A stretch of 64,000 nucleotides of DNA from a virus (IMGVR_UViG_3300022555_000003:32001-96000), one strand, 5' to 3'; positions 1 through 8,549 are shown, counted from the stretch's first letter. Translations and numbers: made by a program. Notes: generated by a model from the letters alone, not told the origin.

Positions 1-591
1 AAGAAATTTTGGACTTGGAATTATCTCTTGGTCACTTGTTACTGCAAATGCTTTGATTCCAAGATCTATACCAACGCAATTATCTCGATCAATTAGAACT
101 TGTTGTTGATCTTCAACTTCACACACAACTGATATGAACCATCTGTCTACATCACATGTAACTGTAACTGACGAATGATTAATTGGCAATGATCTGTCAA
201 ATATTATATTAATCCACCCAATTTTTGGTAGATAAACTTTCTTATCTGTAAATTTGACATGTTGAACATATCTAATTCCTGATTCGCTGCCTTTCTTTTT
301 GAATTTTGGATAAGCTCTTATCTTAACATGTTTCAATGCGCCATCTAGTTCCTTCAATGATTGTTGTAGAACTTGAGCAGTGGTTTCTTTTAACCATGGA
401 TAAGCAATTTTCAATTCTGGTAATTGCATAGCCATATCATAATACCAAATAAATTTCTTAGTTGATGCATACTCAATGTTATTTTGATTAAGCATATAAT
501 TCCAAATCCATCTAGTTGAGCCCATCGATTTACGAAGTTGAGTTATTTGATTGTCATTTGGATATATTCGATATTTGTATCTTAGTTTCAT
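1..591 (-). CDS. tnpB: TnpB family RNA-guided endonuclease, 5' part (runs off window start)
   Basis: Manual translation from ATG at 591: MKLRYKYRIYPNDNQ...GSTRWIWN...YPKFKKKG...VGIDLGIKAFAVTSDQEIIPSPKFL. Closely parallels the ORF at 3686-4891. Absent from the ORF track because it has no stop in the window. Confidence 0.9.
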   Translation of the reverse strand, partial: MKLRYKYRIYPNDNQITQLRKSMGSTRWIWNYMLNQNNIEYASTKKFIWYYDMAMQLPELKIAYPWLKETTAQVLQQSLKELDGALKHVKIRAYPKFKKKGSESGIRYVQHVKFTDKKVYLPKIGWINIIFDRSLPINHSSVTVTCDVDRWFISVVCEVEDQQQVLIDRDNCVGIDLGIKAFAVTSDQEIIPSPKFL

Positions 592-736
592 ATGTATAAA
601 TACTTCTGGGTGCATAAACTGTTTTCATATGCAGTTTTGAAGTAACATACGTCGAATATATTACTTCCACCCACCATACTTATTTATGCCAAATAGATTA
701 GGTTTTAAAGAAAATCCATGTTATAATTAATTAAAT

Positions 737-744
737 GATAAATA
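737..744 (+). promoter_or_regulatory. Late-promoter-like motif GATAAATA upstream of ssb
   Basis: Same octamer recurs before many genes; resembles the T4 late promoter TATAAATA. Confidence 0.5.
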
Positions 745-798
745 CATTTGCTACAGAAATTATCTTTGTAGACAGTGAAATAAAGGAATATAATTATT

Positions 799-1767
799 AT
801 GGCGACACTCGCAGAAATCCGCGCTAAACTTCAAGCGCAAGACAATAAATCAGACAAAAAAGGTTTTGGAGATAAGCAACTTTATCCGCATTGGAATATC
901 AATGAGAATGAATCGTGCTTACTAAGGTTTTTACCTGACAAGAATACAAAGAATTCATTCTTTTGGGTAGAACGTGCATTAATTAATCTTTCATTCCCAT
1001 CAGTAAAAGGTGCTTCTGAAGCAAAGACAGCATATGTAAAAGTTCCATGTATGGAAATGTGGGGAGAAACTTGCCCTGTACTAACAGAAGTTCGTCCTTG
1101 GTACAAGGATGCTTCATTAAAGGAACAAGCTGGTAAGTATTGGAAGAAGCGTACTTATTTGATGCAAGGGTTTGTACGTGAGAATCCAATTGAGGAAGAA
1201 ACACCTGAGAATCTAGTTAGACGGTTTATCATCAGCCCGCAGCTTTTTTCACTTATTAAGGCGGCACTACTTGATCCTGAATTAGAAGAATTACCAACAG
1301 ATTTTAATCACGGATTAGATTTCCGTATTAATAAGACAGCTGGTAAGGGTGGTTATTCTGATTACAATACAAGCAAATGGTCCAGAAAAGAATCAGCACT
1401 AACTGATAAAGAACGTGCAGCTATTGAACAATATGGATTATTTGATTTATCGGATGGTTTACCTAAGAAACCAAGTGACAAAGAAGTAAAGATCATTAAA
1501 GAAATGTTCGAAGCTTCTGTAAATGGCGATATGTATGATCCCGAAAAGTGGGGAGAGTATTTTAAGCCAGGTGGGTCATATGTTGCAGAAACAGTAGATA
1601 CATCGTCTGCTAAGGCAACAACTCACACAACTCACACAACTCAAGCAGCACCTGTTCAAGAAGACAGTGTTGCACCTGTGGTAACTCCTACTACAGCACC
1701 TAAGTCAACTCAAGCAACTGATATTCTTAAGATGATTAAAGAACGTCAAGCAAACGCAAAGAAGTAA
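799..1767 (+). CDS. ssb: Single-stranded DNA-binding protein, T4 gp32-like
   Basis: LRFLP, CP-V..., YWKKR motifs, DFRINK..GGYSDY..SKW, low-complexity C-terminal tail; lies next to uvsX/uvsY. Confidence 0.9.
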   Translation: MATLAEIRAKLQAQDNKSDKKGFGDKQLYPHWNINENESCLLRFLPDKNTKNSFFWVERALINLSFPSVKGASEAKTAYVKVPCMEMWGETCPVLTEVRPWYKDASLKEQAGKYWKKRTYLMQGFVRENPIEEETPENLVRRFIISPQLFSLIKAALLDPELEELPTDFNHGLDFRINKTAGKGGYSDYNTSKWSRKESALTDKERAAIEQYGLFDLSDGLPKKPSDKEVKIIKEMFEASVNGDMYDPEKWGEYFKPGGSYVAETVDTSSAKATTHTTHTTQAAPVQEDSVAPVVTPTTAPKSTQATDILKMIKERQANAKK

Positions 1768-1783
1768 TTAATAGCAAACATAG

Positions 1784-1812
1784 AATGGCGTATGAAACTT
1801 ATACGCCATTTT
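1784..1812 (+). terminator. Intrinsic terminator or stem-loop after ssb
   Basis: AATGGCGTAT-gaaactt-ATACGCCATT followed by TT. Confidence 0.7.
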
Positions 1813-1832
1813 CATATTAGGAGAATATAACT

Positions 1833-2939
1833 ATGGCTGGAAAGCCTTTTGGTGTAGATAGATTTAGACGTGAATTAACAAAAAGTATTGAAGGCCTTGG
1901 TATTGGTTTTCATGATCCAACAGATTGGATTTCTACTGGTAGTTTTGTATTAAATGAATTAATTTCTGGACACTTTGATAAAGGTGTGCCACTTGGTAAA
2001 GTAACAATCTTTGCAGGAAGACCAGCATCAGGAAAAAGTCTAATTGTTTCAGGTAATATTATCAAAAATGCTCAAGCACAAAATATTTTTGTGATCATGA
2101 TTGATACAGAAAATGCATTAGATGAAGATTGGCTTAAAAAGTTAGATGTAGATACAAGTGAAGGTAAATTACTTAAACTTAGTATGTCAATGATTGACGA
2201 TGTTGCTAAAACTATCAGTACTTTTATGACAGACTATAAAGCAACTAGCGAAGAAGACAGACCAAAAATTTTATTTGTTGTTGATAGTTTAGGTATGTTA
2301 ATGACGCCAACAGACGTTAAACAGTTTGAATCTGGCGACATGAAGGGCGATATGGGTAGAAAAGCCAAAGCATTAAAGGCACTAGTTACTAACTGTGTTA
2401 ATATGTTTGGTGCTTATAATGTAGGAATGGTATGTACAAATCATACTTATCCAAGCCAAGATCCATATAGTCCTGATGATATTGTATCAGGAGGAAATGG
2501 ATTTTTATTTGCAAGTTCGATTGTAGTTGCTACAAAACCACTTAAATTAAAAGAAGATGCTGAAGGTAATAAAGTACCCGATGTACTTGGAATCAGAGTT
2601 GGTTGTAAGGTAATGAAGACACGTTATAATAAGCCATTTGAAACATGTGAAATTAAAATTCCATGGGTTGGTGGTCTTGATCCATATTCGGGATTATTCG
2701 AATTATTTGAAAAGAAGAACCTAATCGAGAAAGAAGGCAACAGATATAAATATATTGATTTACAAGGTGATGAACATAAATATTATCGAAAAGAGTACCT
2801 AGTAAATACAGATTCAATTTTAGATTTGATTATGGGTGAGTATGCTGAGAAGAAAAAGCTTCTATCACCTACACAAGAAGACATAGTTGGAATTGATGAG
2901 TCTGTAATTGAAGAAAGCGAACCAACTGACGATGAGTAG
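1833..2939 (+). CDS. uvsX: RecA/UvsX-like recombinase
   Basis: Walker A AGRPASGKS, IDTENALD, Walker B FVVDSLG, GDMGRKAKAL, SGGNG motifs. Confidence 0.95.
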   Translation: MAGKPFGVDRFRRELTKSIEGLGIGFHDPTDWISTGSFVLNELISGHFDKGVPLGKVTIFAGRPASGKSLIVSGNIIKNAQAQNIFVIMIDTENALDEDWLKKLDVDTSEGKLLKLSMSMIDDVAKTISTFMTDYKATSEEDRPKILFVVDSLGMLMTPTDVKQFESGDMKGDMGRKAKALKALVTNCVNMFGAYNVGMVCTNHTYPSQDPYSPDDIVSGGNGFLFASSIVVATKPLKLKEDAEGNKVPDVLGIRVGCKVMKTRYNKPFETCEIKIPWVGGLDPYSGLFELFEKKNLIEKEGNRYKYIDLQGDEHKYYRKEYLVNTDSILDLIMGEYAEKKKLLSPTQEDIVGIDESVIEESEPTDDE

Positions 2940-2952
2940 GAGATTAACTTAA

Positions 2953-3198
2953 ATGACGGTGGACCCAATTGAAATTGCAGCTGAGTTATGGCGCAATGTT
3001 TTAGAATATGTTCCAATGCGAGACAGAGATGCCGCAGCTGAACAGTTTATAGTAGCATTGCGCGGCTTGAATTTTTCTGATGATGAACTTGATTCTTTAG
3101 CAGAACATGACCGGTATATTAATACGGCATTGATTCAAGATAATGAAGAAAACGATTTTTCAAACGATGATTTTGACGATTTAAACGACAACGAATAA
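2953..3198 (+). CDS. Hypothetical protein with acidic tail
   Basis: ORF with GGAG SD between uvsX and uvsY. Confidence 0.7.
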   Translation: MTVDPIEIAAELWRNVLEYVPMRDRDAAAEQFIVALRGLNFSDDELDSLAEHDRYINTALIQDNEENDFSNDDFDDLNDNE

Positions 3199-3199
3199 A

Positions 3200-3652
3200 A
3201 TGTGGCTATCACGTATAACAAGTGATCTAGGAAATATACCAGACTTTTTAGATCACTTTAGGGTTGAGCTTGTTAACGCTCAAATTGAGGTTGCTATAAA
3301 AGGCAACCTTGAAAGAAATTTATCAACTTTGCCTGGTATAACAGAATATCGATTTGGACAGCTACAAACTGTTGAAAGTGTATTAAATTATTTAAATATT
3401 AAACTCAAGAAACTTAAAAATAAACATTTTAGACTGTACCTTGAAAAGTATGCTAAGGCATTAACTAGTAGAGATGCTGAAAAATATTCAGATGGTGAAG
3501 ACGATGTTTGCGACTTAGAAGAAGTTATTAATCAGGTTGCTTTACTACGTAACCAATATTTAGGAATTATCAAAGCATTAGAAACAAAAAATTGGATGCT
3601 TGGTCACATAACAAAACTTCGTTGTGTTGGTATTGAAGCAGTAGAATTATAG
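3200..3652 (+). CDS. uvsY: Recombination mediator UvsY-like
   Basis: 150-aa helical protein with LTSRDAEKYSDGE and YLGIIKALETK.W motifs; follows uvsX. Confidence 0.75.
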   Translation: MWLSRITSDLGNIPDFLDHFRVELVNAQIEVAIKGNLERNLSTLPGITEYRFGQLQTVESVLNYLNIKLKKLKNKHFRLYLEKYAKALTSRDAEKYSDGEDDVCDLEEVINQVALLRNQYLGIIKALETKNWMLGHITKLRCVGIEAVEL

Positions 3653-3653
3653 G

Positions 3654-3682
3654 TTGATTCTTTTTTGAAACTCTTATATACT
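3654..3682 (+). promoter_or_regulatory. Sigma70-type promoter abutting the IS right end
   Basis: TTGATT-17 nt-TATACT. Confidence 0.6.
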
Positions 3683-5000
3683 GAACTACCGCATCCCTGA
3701 AGGGAGTGCGGCTTCCTGCTTCATAGATATCAACGGGACATCTCCACAGGCTTCGATTTCTGTAGTTCCTACAGTATTTTTGAACAATGATGAGTCAATT
3801 GTCAACTGACCCCAAAAAGCAATATTTTGTGCGGCATTTAGATCTCGGTCAAGAATTGCCTTGCAATTTGGACAAGTCCAAATTCTGATGCCCAGACCAA
3901 ATCCCTGATGTTTATGACCACAGGCATTGCAGGTCTTGGTAGATGCAGCCCACTTGTCAATTTGGTCAAAATGCTTGCCATATAATTGGCATTTGTATTT
4001 CAAAAAGCCCAAAAACATTGACCATCCCTGATCACTTATTGCTCGGTTCATTGCAGTATTTTTCTTCGACATAAGATCTTTGGTTTTCAGATCTTCGGTA
4101 CAAATCAAATCATATGTATTAACTAATCTCCTACTTGTTTGGTGCAAAAAGTTCAATCTTTGATTGCGTATTTTGCGGTGTAATTTTGCTACTCGGATAC
4201 GTTCTTTGTTTCTATTTTTAGATCCAATTTTTCTATGTGATAATTTTCTTTGTTTCCACTTTAATTTCGCCAGTGATCTCTTTAGAAATTTTGGACTTGG
4301 AATTATCTCCTGATCACTTGTTACCACGAATGCTTTGATACCAAGATCAATTCCGATACAATTATCGCGGTCAATTAAAACTTGTTGCTGATCTTCAATC
4401 TCACACAAACAACTCACGTACCAGCAATCAACATCTTTTGTTATTGATACTGATCTCAAATCGCTTGGCAATGCTCGATGATATATCCATTTGATATTGC
4501 CAATCTTTGGTATTTTGATATGTGATTCACTTGTTTTGATGTGATTATTCGTCTGATCAATTTTAATTTGGCCATTGCTTACGCCTTTTTTCTTAAATCG
4601 AGGAAATCCGATCTTGCTTTTCTTGATTGCATGTAATGCTGTGTCAATCGAAAATGCAATATTTTGTAATGCATGAGCGGGTACTTCACCAAGCCAGTTA
4701 TATTGTTTTTTAAGATCTGGTATTTGTTTTTTGAGATCATATCGCCAAATAAATTTCTTATCAATTTGGTATTGAGTTATATTTTGATCAAGAAAATTAT
4801 TCCAAAGCCATCTAGTTGAACCTTCCCATTGATTGAGAATTTCAATTTGTGCTTTGTTTGGTAATAATTTATATTTGTATCCCAGCAGCATATTAATATT
4901 TATGCTATAATAAATATATGAAGCAAATTGGTCTACACGGCAGTTCATCCGCACCCCTAAAGGGGCTGCGGGCTTGCTGCCGAGCAACTAAATTCACCAA
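3682..5000 (-). mobile_element. IS200/IS605-family (IS1341-like, tnpB-only) element; left boundary approximate
   Basis: Right-end hairpin on minus strand GCCGCACTCCCTTCAGGGATGCGG-TAGTTCA; left-end hairpin CCGCAGCCCCTTTAGGGGTGCGG (~4949-4971); no tnpA seen. Confidence 0.8.
3686..4891 (-). CDS. tnpB: TnpB RNA-guided endonuclease (likely start ATG 4891, 401 aa)
   Basis: N-terminal YKYKLLP, RuvC-I GIDLG, RuvC-II TEDL, Zn finger CNACG/CPNC, RuvC-III DRDLNAAQNI. Confidence 0.95.
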   Translation of the reverse strand: MLLGYKYKLLPNKAQIEILNQWEGSTRWLWNNFLDQNITQYQIDKKFIWRYDLKKQIPDLKKQYNWLGEVPAHALQNIAFSIDTALHAIKKSKIGFPRFKKKGVSNGQIKIDQTNNHIKTSESHIKIPKIGNIKWIYHRALPSDLRSVSITKDVDCWYVSCLCEIEDQQQVLIDRDNCIGIDLGIKAFVVTSDQEIIPSPKFLKRSLAKLKWKQRKLSHRKIGSKNRNKERIRVAKLHRKIRNQRLNFLHQTSRRLVNTYDLICTEDLKTKDLMSKKNTAMNRAISDQGWSMFLGFLKYKCQLYGKHFDQIDKWAASTKTCNACGHKHQGFGLGIRIWTCPNCKAILDRDLNAAQNIAFWGQLTIDSSLFKNTVGTTEIEACGDVPLISMKQEAALPSGMR

Positions 5001-5125
5001 TAACACTACAGTTTGATAATGATAAAAATGAAATATTTTTCTATTTGAAGTTTGGTGATATTTCAAAATCTAATGGGATTCAGTTTCAAACAAGATATGG
5101 TCCGGCTACAATAATACCAGAATGA
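5001..5125 (+). pseudogene. 5'-truncated member of the 'FFxLKFG' family next to the IS left end
   Basis: Frame reads TLQFDNDKNEIFFYLKFGDISKSNG..., matching the C-terminus of 5361-5612. No start codon; the frame runs back into IS sequence. Confidence 0.7.
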
Positions 5126-5364
5126 TAAAAATTCATAGAACACAATATCAAAAAAAAGAAATTAAAGAATGGCTACAGGAAAACTTTGAAAAGTCTGAAT
5201 ATTCAATTGTAACTCATTCATATGAACCATTCATTGATAAACTATATTTTGCTAATGACACAAATGAAACTTTTTTTAATTTGAAATTTGGAAATGTTAC
5301 AGAATATATAAGTTCATATGAATTTACTCTTAATATGTTCTTCTCAGGAATTAAAAATACATGA
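5122..5364 (+). CDS. Small paralogue, family A (MIKIH...FFxLKFG)
   Basis: Shared motifs with its neighbours; ATGA coupling. Confidence 0.8.
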   Translation: MIKIHRTQYQKKEIKEWLQENFEKSEYSIVTHSYEPFIDKLYFANDTNETFFNLKFGNVTEYISSYEFTLNMFFSGIKNT

Positions 5365-5612
5365 TAAAAATTCATAAAACTAAGTATACTGACTTACATA
5401 TTGAAATGTGGTTAGAAGAAAATTTTGATAAGTTAGAATATACACTTAGTTCTAAACCAATGTCAATAGTTTTTGAACTATGTTTTGTTAATGATGAAAA
5501 TGAAACATTTTTCTATTTGAAGTTTGGTGATGTTTCAAAATTCAATGACTATGGTTTTGGATATTTTTATAGTCCGTATATCCCTTTAGGTATTCAAAAA
5601 GTAAAAGTATGA
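5361..5612 (+). CDS. Small paralogue, family A
   Basis: MIKIH...ETFFYLKFG. Confidence 0.8.
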   Translation: MIKIHKTKYTDLHIEMWLEENFDKLEYTLSSKPMSIVFELCFVNDENETFFYLKFGDVSKFNDYGFGYFYSPYIPLGIQKVKV

Positions 5613-5902
5613 TAAAAATACATGTATCTAATTTTGTTAATCTTAGCATGGAAAAGTATCTATTTGATACATTTACCAACAAAGGATATTCGTATAAAGT
5701 AATAGAAGATATGGTGTTACTAAATTTTACAAATATAGAATCTGAATCTTTTTTTAATTTGAAGTTTGGTGATGTTTCAGAAAAAAGAATTTATGACGTT
5801 GATTTTCTTGCTGAACTGTTATTCACTATGTTATCACAAGAAGTAAATAATCTATCTCCTAAATTAGAAAAAATATTGAAAGCAATGCAGAAGGAATTAT
5901 AA
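5609..5902 (+). CDS. Small paralogue, family A
   Basis: MIKIH...ESFFNLKFG. Confidence 0.8.
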   Translation: MIKIHVSNFVNLSMEKYLFDTFTNKGYSYKVIEDMVLLNFTNIESESFFNLKFGDVSEKRIYDVDFLAELLFTMLSQEVNNLSPKLEKILKAMQKEL

Positions 5903-5909
5903 GATAAAC

Positions 5910-6371
5910 ATGATACCAAATTGGAATACTTATTTTATGAATTTAATAGGACCAATATCGTCGAGAAGTAAAGACCCAAATTCTAAATTTGGTTGTGTAA
6001 TAGTTGGTCCAGATAACGGAATACGTGCGACTGGATTCAATAGCTTTCCGCGTGGTATAGATGATACTGCGCCTGAGAGACTTTTACGTCCTGAAAAATA
6101 TAAATGGATAGAACATTGCGAAAGAAATGCAATTTTTGAGGCTGCAAAAATTGGTGTTCCATTAGATGGTTGTAGAATATATTTGTATGGAATTCCATGT
6201 ATAGATTGTGCCCGAGCAATTATTCAAGTAGGTATTAAAGAAGTAATTTATTCACTTGAGAAACAATTAGCTTGGGAACAAACTGGTACAATGTACAAAG
6301 ATGATAATAACAGAGTTAGAAGAATGTTATGCGAAGCTGGCGTTAAATTGAGTCCAATTTCATATGAATGA
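5910..6371 (+). CDS. dCMP deaminase
   Basis: RSKDP, TGFNSFPRG, Zn motifs HCERNAI and PCIDCARAIIQ. Confidence 0.93.
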   Translation: MIPNWNTYFMNLIGPISSRSKDPNSKFGCVIVGPDNGIRATGFNSFPRGIDDTAPERLLRPEKYKWIEHCERNAIFEAAKIGVPLDGCRIYLYGIPCIDCARAIIQVGIKEVIYSLEKQLAWEQTGTMYKDDNNRVRRMLCEAGVKLSPISYE

Positions 6372-6570
6372 TTGGTATAATGTTCAATTAGATGAAGTAC
6401 TTACTCATACAGAAGAATTCTTAGAAATATATCAATGGGCTGTTGATCAATTTGAACAAAATTGTAGAGATGATCGATGGTCGTACTATTTTGATGTAAA
6501 TACCGCTTTAGATACCTTTTCATTTAAAAGAAAAGAAGATGCAATGTTGTTTGCATTGCGTTGGAAATAA
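6364..6570 (+). CDS. Small paralogue, family B (…EDAxLFALRWK)
   Basis: Conserved W..V, W....FG and C-terminal motif. Confidence 0.8.
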   Translation: MNDWYNVQLDEVLTHTEEFLEIYQWAVDQFEQNCRDDRWSYYFDVNTALDTFSFKRKEDAMLFALRWK

Positions 6571-6571
6571 T

Positions 6572-6763
6572 ATGATATGTGATTGGTTTACAGTTGAAAT
6601 TAGTGGCAAATGCTTCAATGATGTAATAAATTGGATTTTTGAAAACATTGGACATAATTATGATAACAATATTCGTTGGCAATATCGTAAATCTTTGATG
6701 TATTTAAAGTTTGATTTTATAAATCAAGAAGACGCTGTATTATTTGCATTGAGATGGAAATGA
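6572..6763 (+). CDS. Small paralogue, family B
   Basis: C-terminal EDAVLFALRWK; likely start ATG 6572. Confidence 0.8.
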   Translation: MICDWFTVEISGKCFNDVINWIFENIGHNYDNNIRWQYRKSLMYLKFDFINQEDAVLFALRWK

Positions 6764-6972
6764 AAAAATATTATACAGTTGAAATTACCAGGTTAACAAG
6801 CTTTGTTGAAGTATATACTTGGGCTGTTGATCAATTTGGTGAATCAATGATTATGATTGGAGATATTGGGCTATGGGATTATAACTGGTCCACTGAACTC
6901 ATGCAACCAACAAATATTTTTTTATTCAAAAGAGAAGCAGATGCGGTGTTGTTTGCATTGCGATGGAAATAA
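6760..6972 (+). CDS. Small paralogue, family B
   Basis: ADAVLFALRWK; ATGA coupling. Confidence 0.8.
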   Translation: MKKYYTVEITRLTSFVEVYTWAVDQFGESMIMIGDIGLWDYNWSTELMQPTNIFLFKREADAVLFALRWK

Positions 6973-6975
6973 AAC

Positions 6976-7188
6976 TTGATACAAAATAATAACTTTAATA
7001 AATGGCACCAAGTTGAAATTTTAAATAGTGAAGATTTTAGTCAAATGTTTGCTTGGCTTGAAGATGAATTTGGTGATGATGTAGGTGAATTTCGTTGGAG
7101 ATTTATTTTTGATCTTGAGCCAGAAGTTGATAAGTTTATATTTAGGCGTAAAGAAGATGCAATATTGTTTGCATTGCGATGGAGATGA
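6976..7188 (+). CDS. Small paralogue, family B
   Basis: EDAILFALRWR; TTG start. Confidence 0.75.
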   Translation: MIQNNNFNKWHQVEILNSEDFSQMFAWLEDEFGDDVGEFRWRFIFDLEPEVDKFIFRRKEDAILFALRWR

Positions 7189-7228
7189 GCAGTTGACACA
7201 GTCTATTCAAATGTGTTATAATTAAGAT

Positions 7229-7420
7229 GTGAATGATTGGTACAGAGTAGAACTCGTTGATATAAACTTTTCTGAGGTGTATAGATGGGCAGTTAAAGAA
7301 TTTGGTTCAGATAAAACACAAGAAAGATGGGTATATTATTTTCAATCAACATATTTAACAGATAATTTTTTGTTCAGTAAACAAGAAGATGCAATATTGT
7401 TTGCATTGCGTTGGAAATGA
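7229..7420 (+). CDS. Small paralogue, family B
   Basis: EDAILFALRWK; preceded by a TTGACA...TATAAT promoter (~7193-7221). Confidence 0.8.
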   Translation: MNDWYRVELVDINFSEVYRWAVKEFGSDKTQERWVYYFQSTYLTDNFLFSKQEDAILFALRWK

Positions 7421-7650
7421 AACTTGACATGAATAATTCACTACCAAAATATGCTGATTGGTATGCAATAAATATAAATCACAATGGATCAGGATTTTTC
7501 AAAATACAAAATTGGTGTGATTTAACTTTTGGTTATAGGCGAGCTAATCAAGAAGCAAGAACAGAACGATGGGGCTCAAATTATTTTGAAAATTCATTTT
7601 ATTTCAAAAACGAAGAAGATGCAATATTGTTTGCATTGCGATGGAAGTAA
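7417..7650 (+). CDS. Small paralogue, family B
   Basis: EDAILFALRWK. Confidence 0.8.
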   Translation: MKLDMNNSLPKYADWYAININHNGSGFFKIQNWCDLTFGYRRANQEARTERWGSNYFENSFYFKNEEDAILFALRWK

Positions 7651-7652
7651 TC

Positions 7653-7868
7653 ATGTTAAGATTTGAAACTATTAAATGTGATGAATATCGAGATACTTAT
7701 TTGATATGCTTACCAAAAGTATCTGATGAAAGATTTGATGAAATACGTGATTGGTTAAGTACACAAGATTATATTACAAGTATAATTGGTAAATATTCCA
7801 ACTGTGGATTGATGATATATTTTTACGATATTGAATTTTTAACTGCATTGAGCATTAAGTTAGGATAA
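7653..7868 (+). CDS. Divergent family A/B-like small protein
   Basis: IRDWL...IYFYDIEFLTALSIKLG echoes the family pattern. Confidence 0.6.
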   Translation: MLRFETIKCDEYRDTYLICLPKVSDERFDEIRDWLSTQDYITSIIGKYSNCGLMIYFYDIEFLTALSIKLG

Positions 7869-7869
7869 T

Positions 7870-8265
7870 ATGAACTACGAAGATTTAGACCAAAAAGTTA
7901 AAACACAATTAATCACGGTAGGATATGACCTACTTAAAGTAGTTGCAGAAGCATTTGGACCAGCAAAAGCTGAAACTTGTTGGAATCAAATTGCAGATAG
8001 TATTAGCCCTGATTTAAAATATGATCTAATTATGCAAATGTTGTCTGGATATCAAGGTAATACAGTCACTTTGAAATATATAGGTGCCAACTTTATCTCA
8101 GCAATTAAAACTGTTCGAACTTACACTGATTTAGGTCTGAAAGACGCTAAACTTTTGTGTGATGATGTACGGGCTGGAAAGCCAACAGCAATTAAACTTA
8201 TAAATTCTGCTTTAAGACGAGAATGTATAAAAGAATTTGAACGATGCGGTTGCGATGCTGTGTAG
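7870..8265 (+). CDS. Protein with ribosomal protein L7/L12 C-terminal-like domain
   Basis: TVTLKYIGANFISAIKTVRTYTDLGLKDAKLLCD matches the bL12 CTD pattern (KI.VIK.VR..TGLGLKEAK). Confidence 0.7.
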   Translation: MNYEDLDQKVKTQLITVGYDLLKVVAEAFGPAKAETCWNQIADSISPDLKYDLIMQMLSGYQGNTVTLKYIGANFISAIKTVRTYTDLGLKDAKLLCDDVRAGKPTAIKLINSALRRECIKEFERCGCDAV

Positions 8266-8306
8266 TGTGTGCTATACTTAAAGAGTAAAGAAATAATAGA
8301 TAAATA
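8250..8306 (+). promoter_or_regulatory. Tandem sigma70-type promoter and late-type motif
   Basis: TTGCGA-17-TATACT (8250-8278); GATAAATA (8299-8306). Confidence 0.55.
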
Positions 8307-8309
8307 AAT

Positions 8310-8382
8310 TTGTTGGCAATGGATTGATCTTCCTTCTAAAAATTAAAATTGGTTTAAACTAGATCATCTAATATCCAACAAT
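8310..8382 (+). ncRNA. Candidate structured RNA, copy 1
   Basis: Stems TTGTTGG/CCAACAA and GGA(T)TGATCT/AGATCATCT; loop begins TCCTTCTAAAA. Confidence 0.6.
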
Positions 8383-8385
8383 TAT

Positions 8386-8457
8386 GTCGATGTAGTGCAA
8401 TGGTCAGCACAGCAGACTTTCACTCTGCTAATACGGGTTCGAATCCCGTCGTCGATA
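8386..8457 (+). tRNA. tRNA-Glu(TTC)
   Basis: Cloverleaf: GTCGATG/CGTCGAT acceptor, GCAGA-CTTTCAC-TCTGC anticodon arm, TTCGAAT T-loop; no encoded CCA. Confidence 0.92.
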
Positions 8458-8469
8458 CTAATTTGAGAC

Positions 8470-8539
8470 AGCCCGGCCATTAAGTAATCTTCCTTCTAAA
8501 ACAAACTTATATTGATATAGATTCTTAGATATCCGGGCT
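8470..8539 (+). ncRNA. Candidate structured RNA, copy 2
   Basis: Stems AGCCCGG/CCGGGCT and TAAG(T)AATCT/AGATTCTTA; loop begins TCCTTCTAAAA. Confidence 0.6.
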
Positions 8540-8549
8540 TTAAAAATAT

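Larger units (their letters stand above)
6533..7650 (+). repeat. Six copies of a ~35-nt 3'-end motif (GAAGATGCAATATTGTTTGCATTGCG(T/A)TGGAAA consensus)
   Basis: Copies end at 6570, 6763, 6972, 7188, 7420 and 7650. Confidence 0.9.

Noticed and set aside
745-798. T4 gene-32-like autoregulatory pseudoknot before ssb
   Set aside because: Only one weak hairpin (CTACA...TGTAG) is visible; not enough to support the call.
6533-7650. Regularly spaced ~35-nt repeats as a CRISPR array
   Set aside because: Spacers are ~170-200 nt, the repeats are in-frame coding ends, and no cas operon is present.
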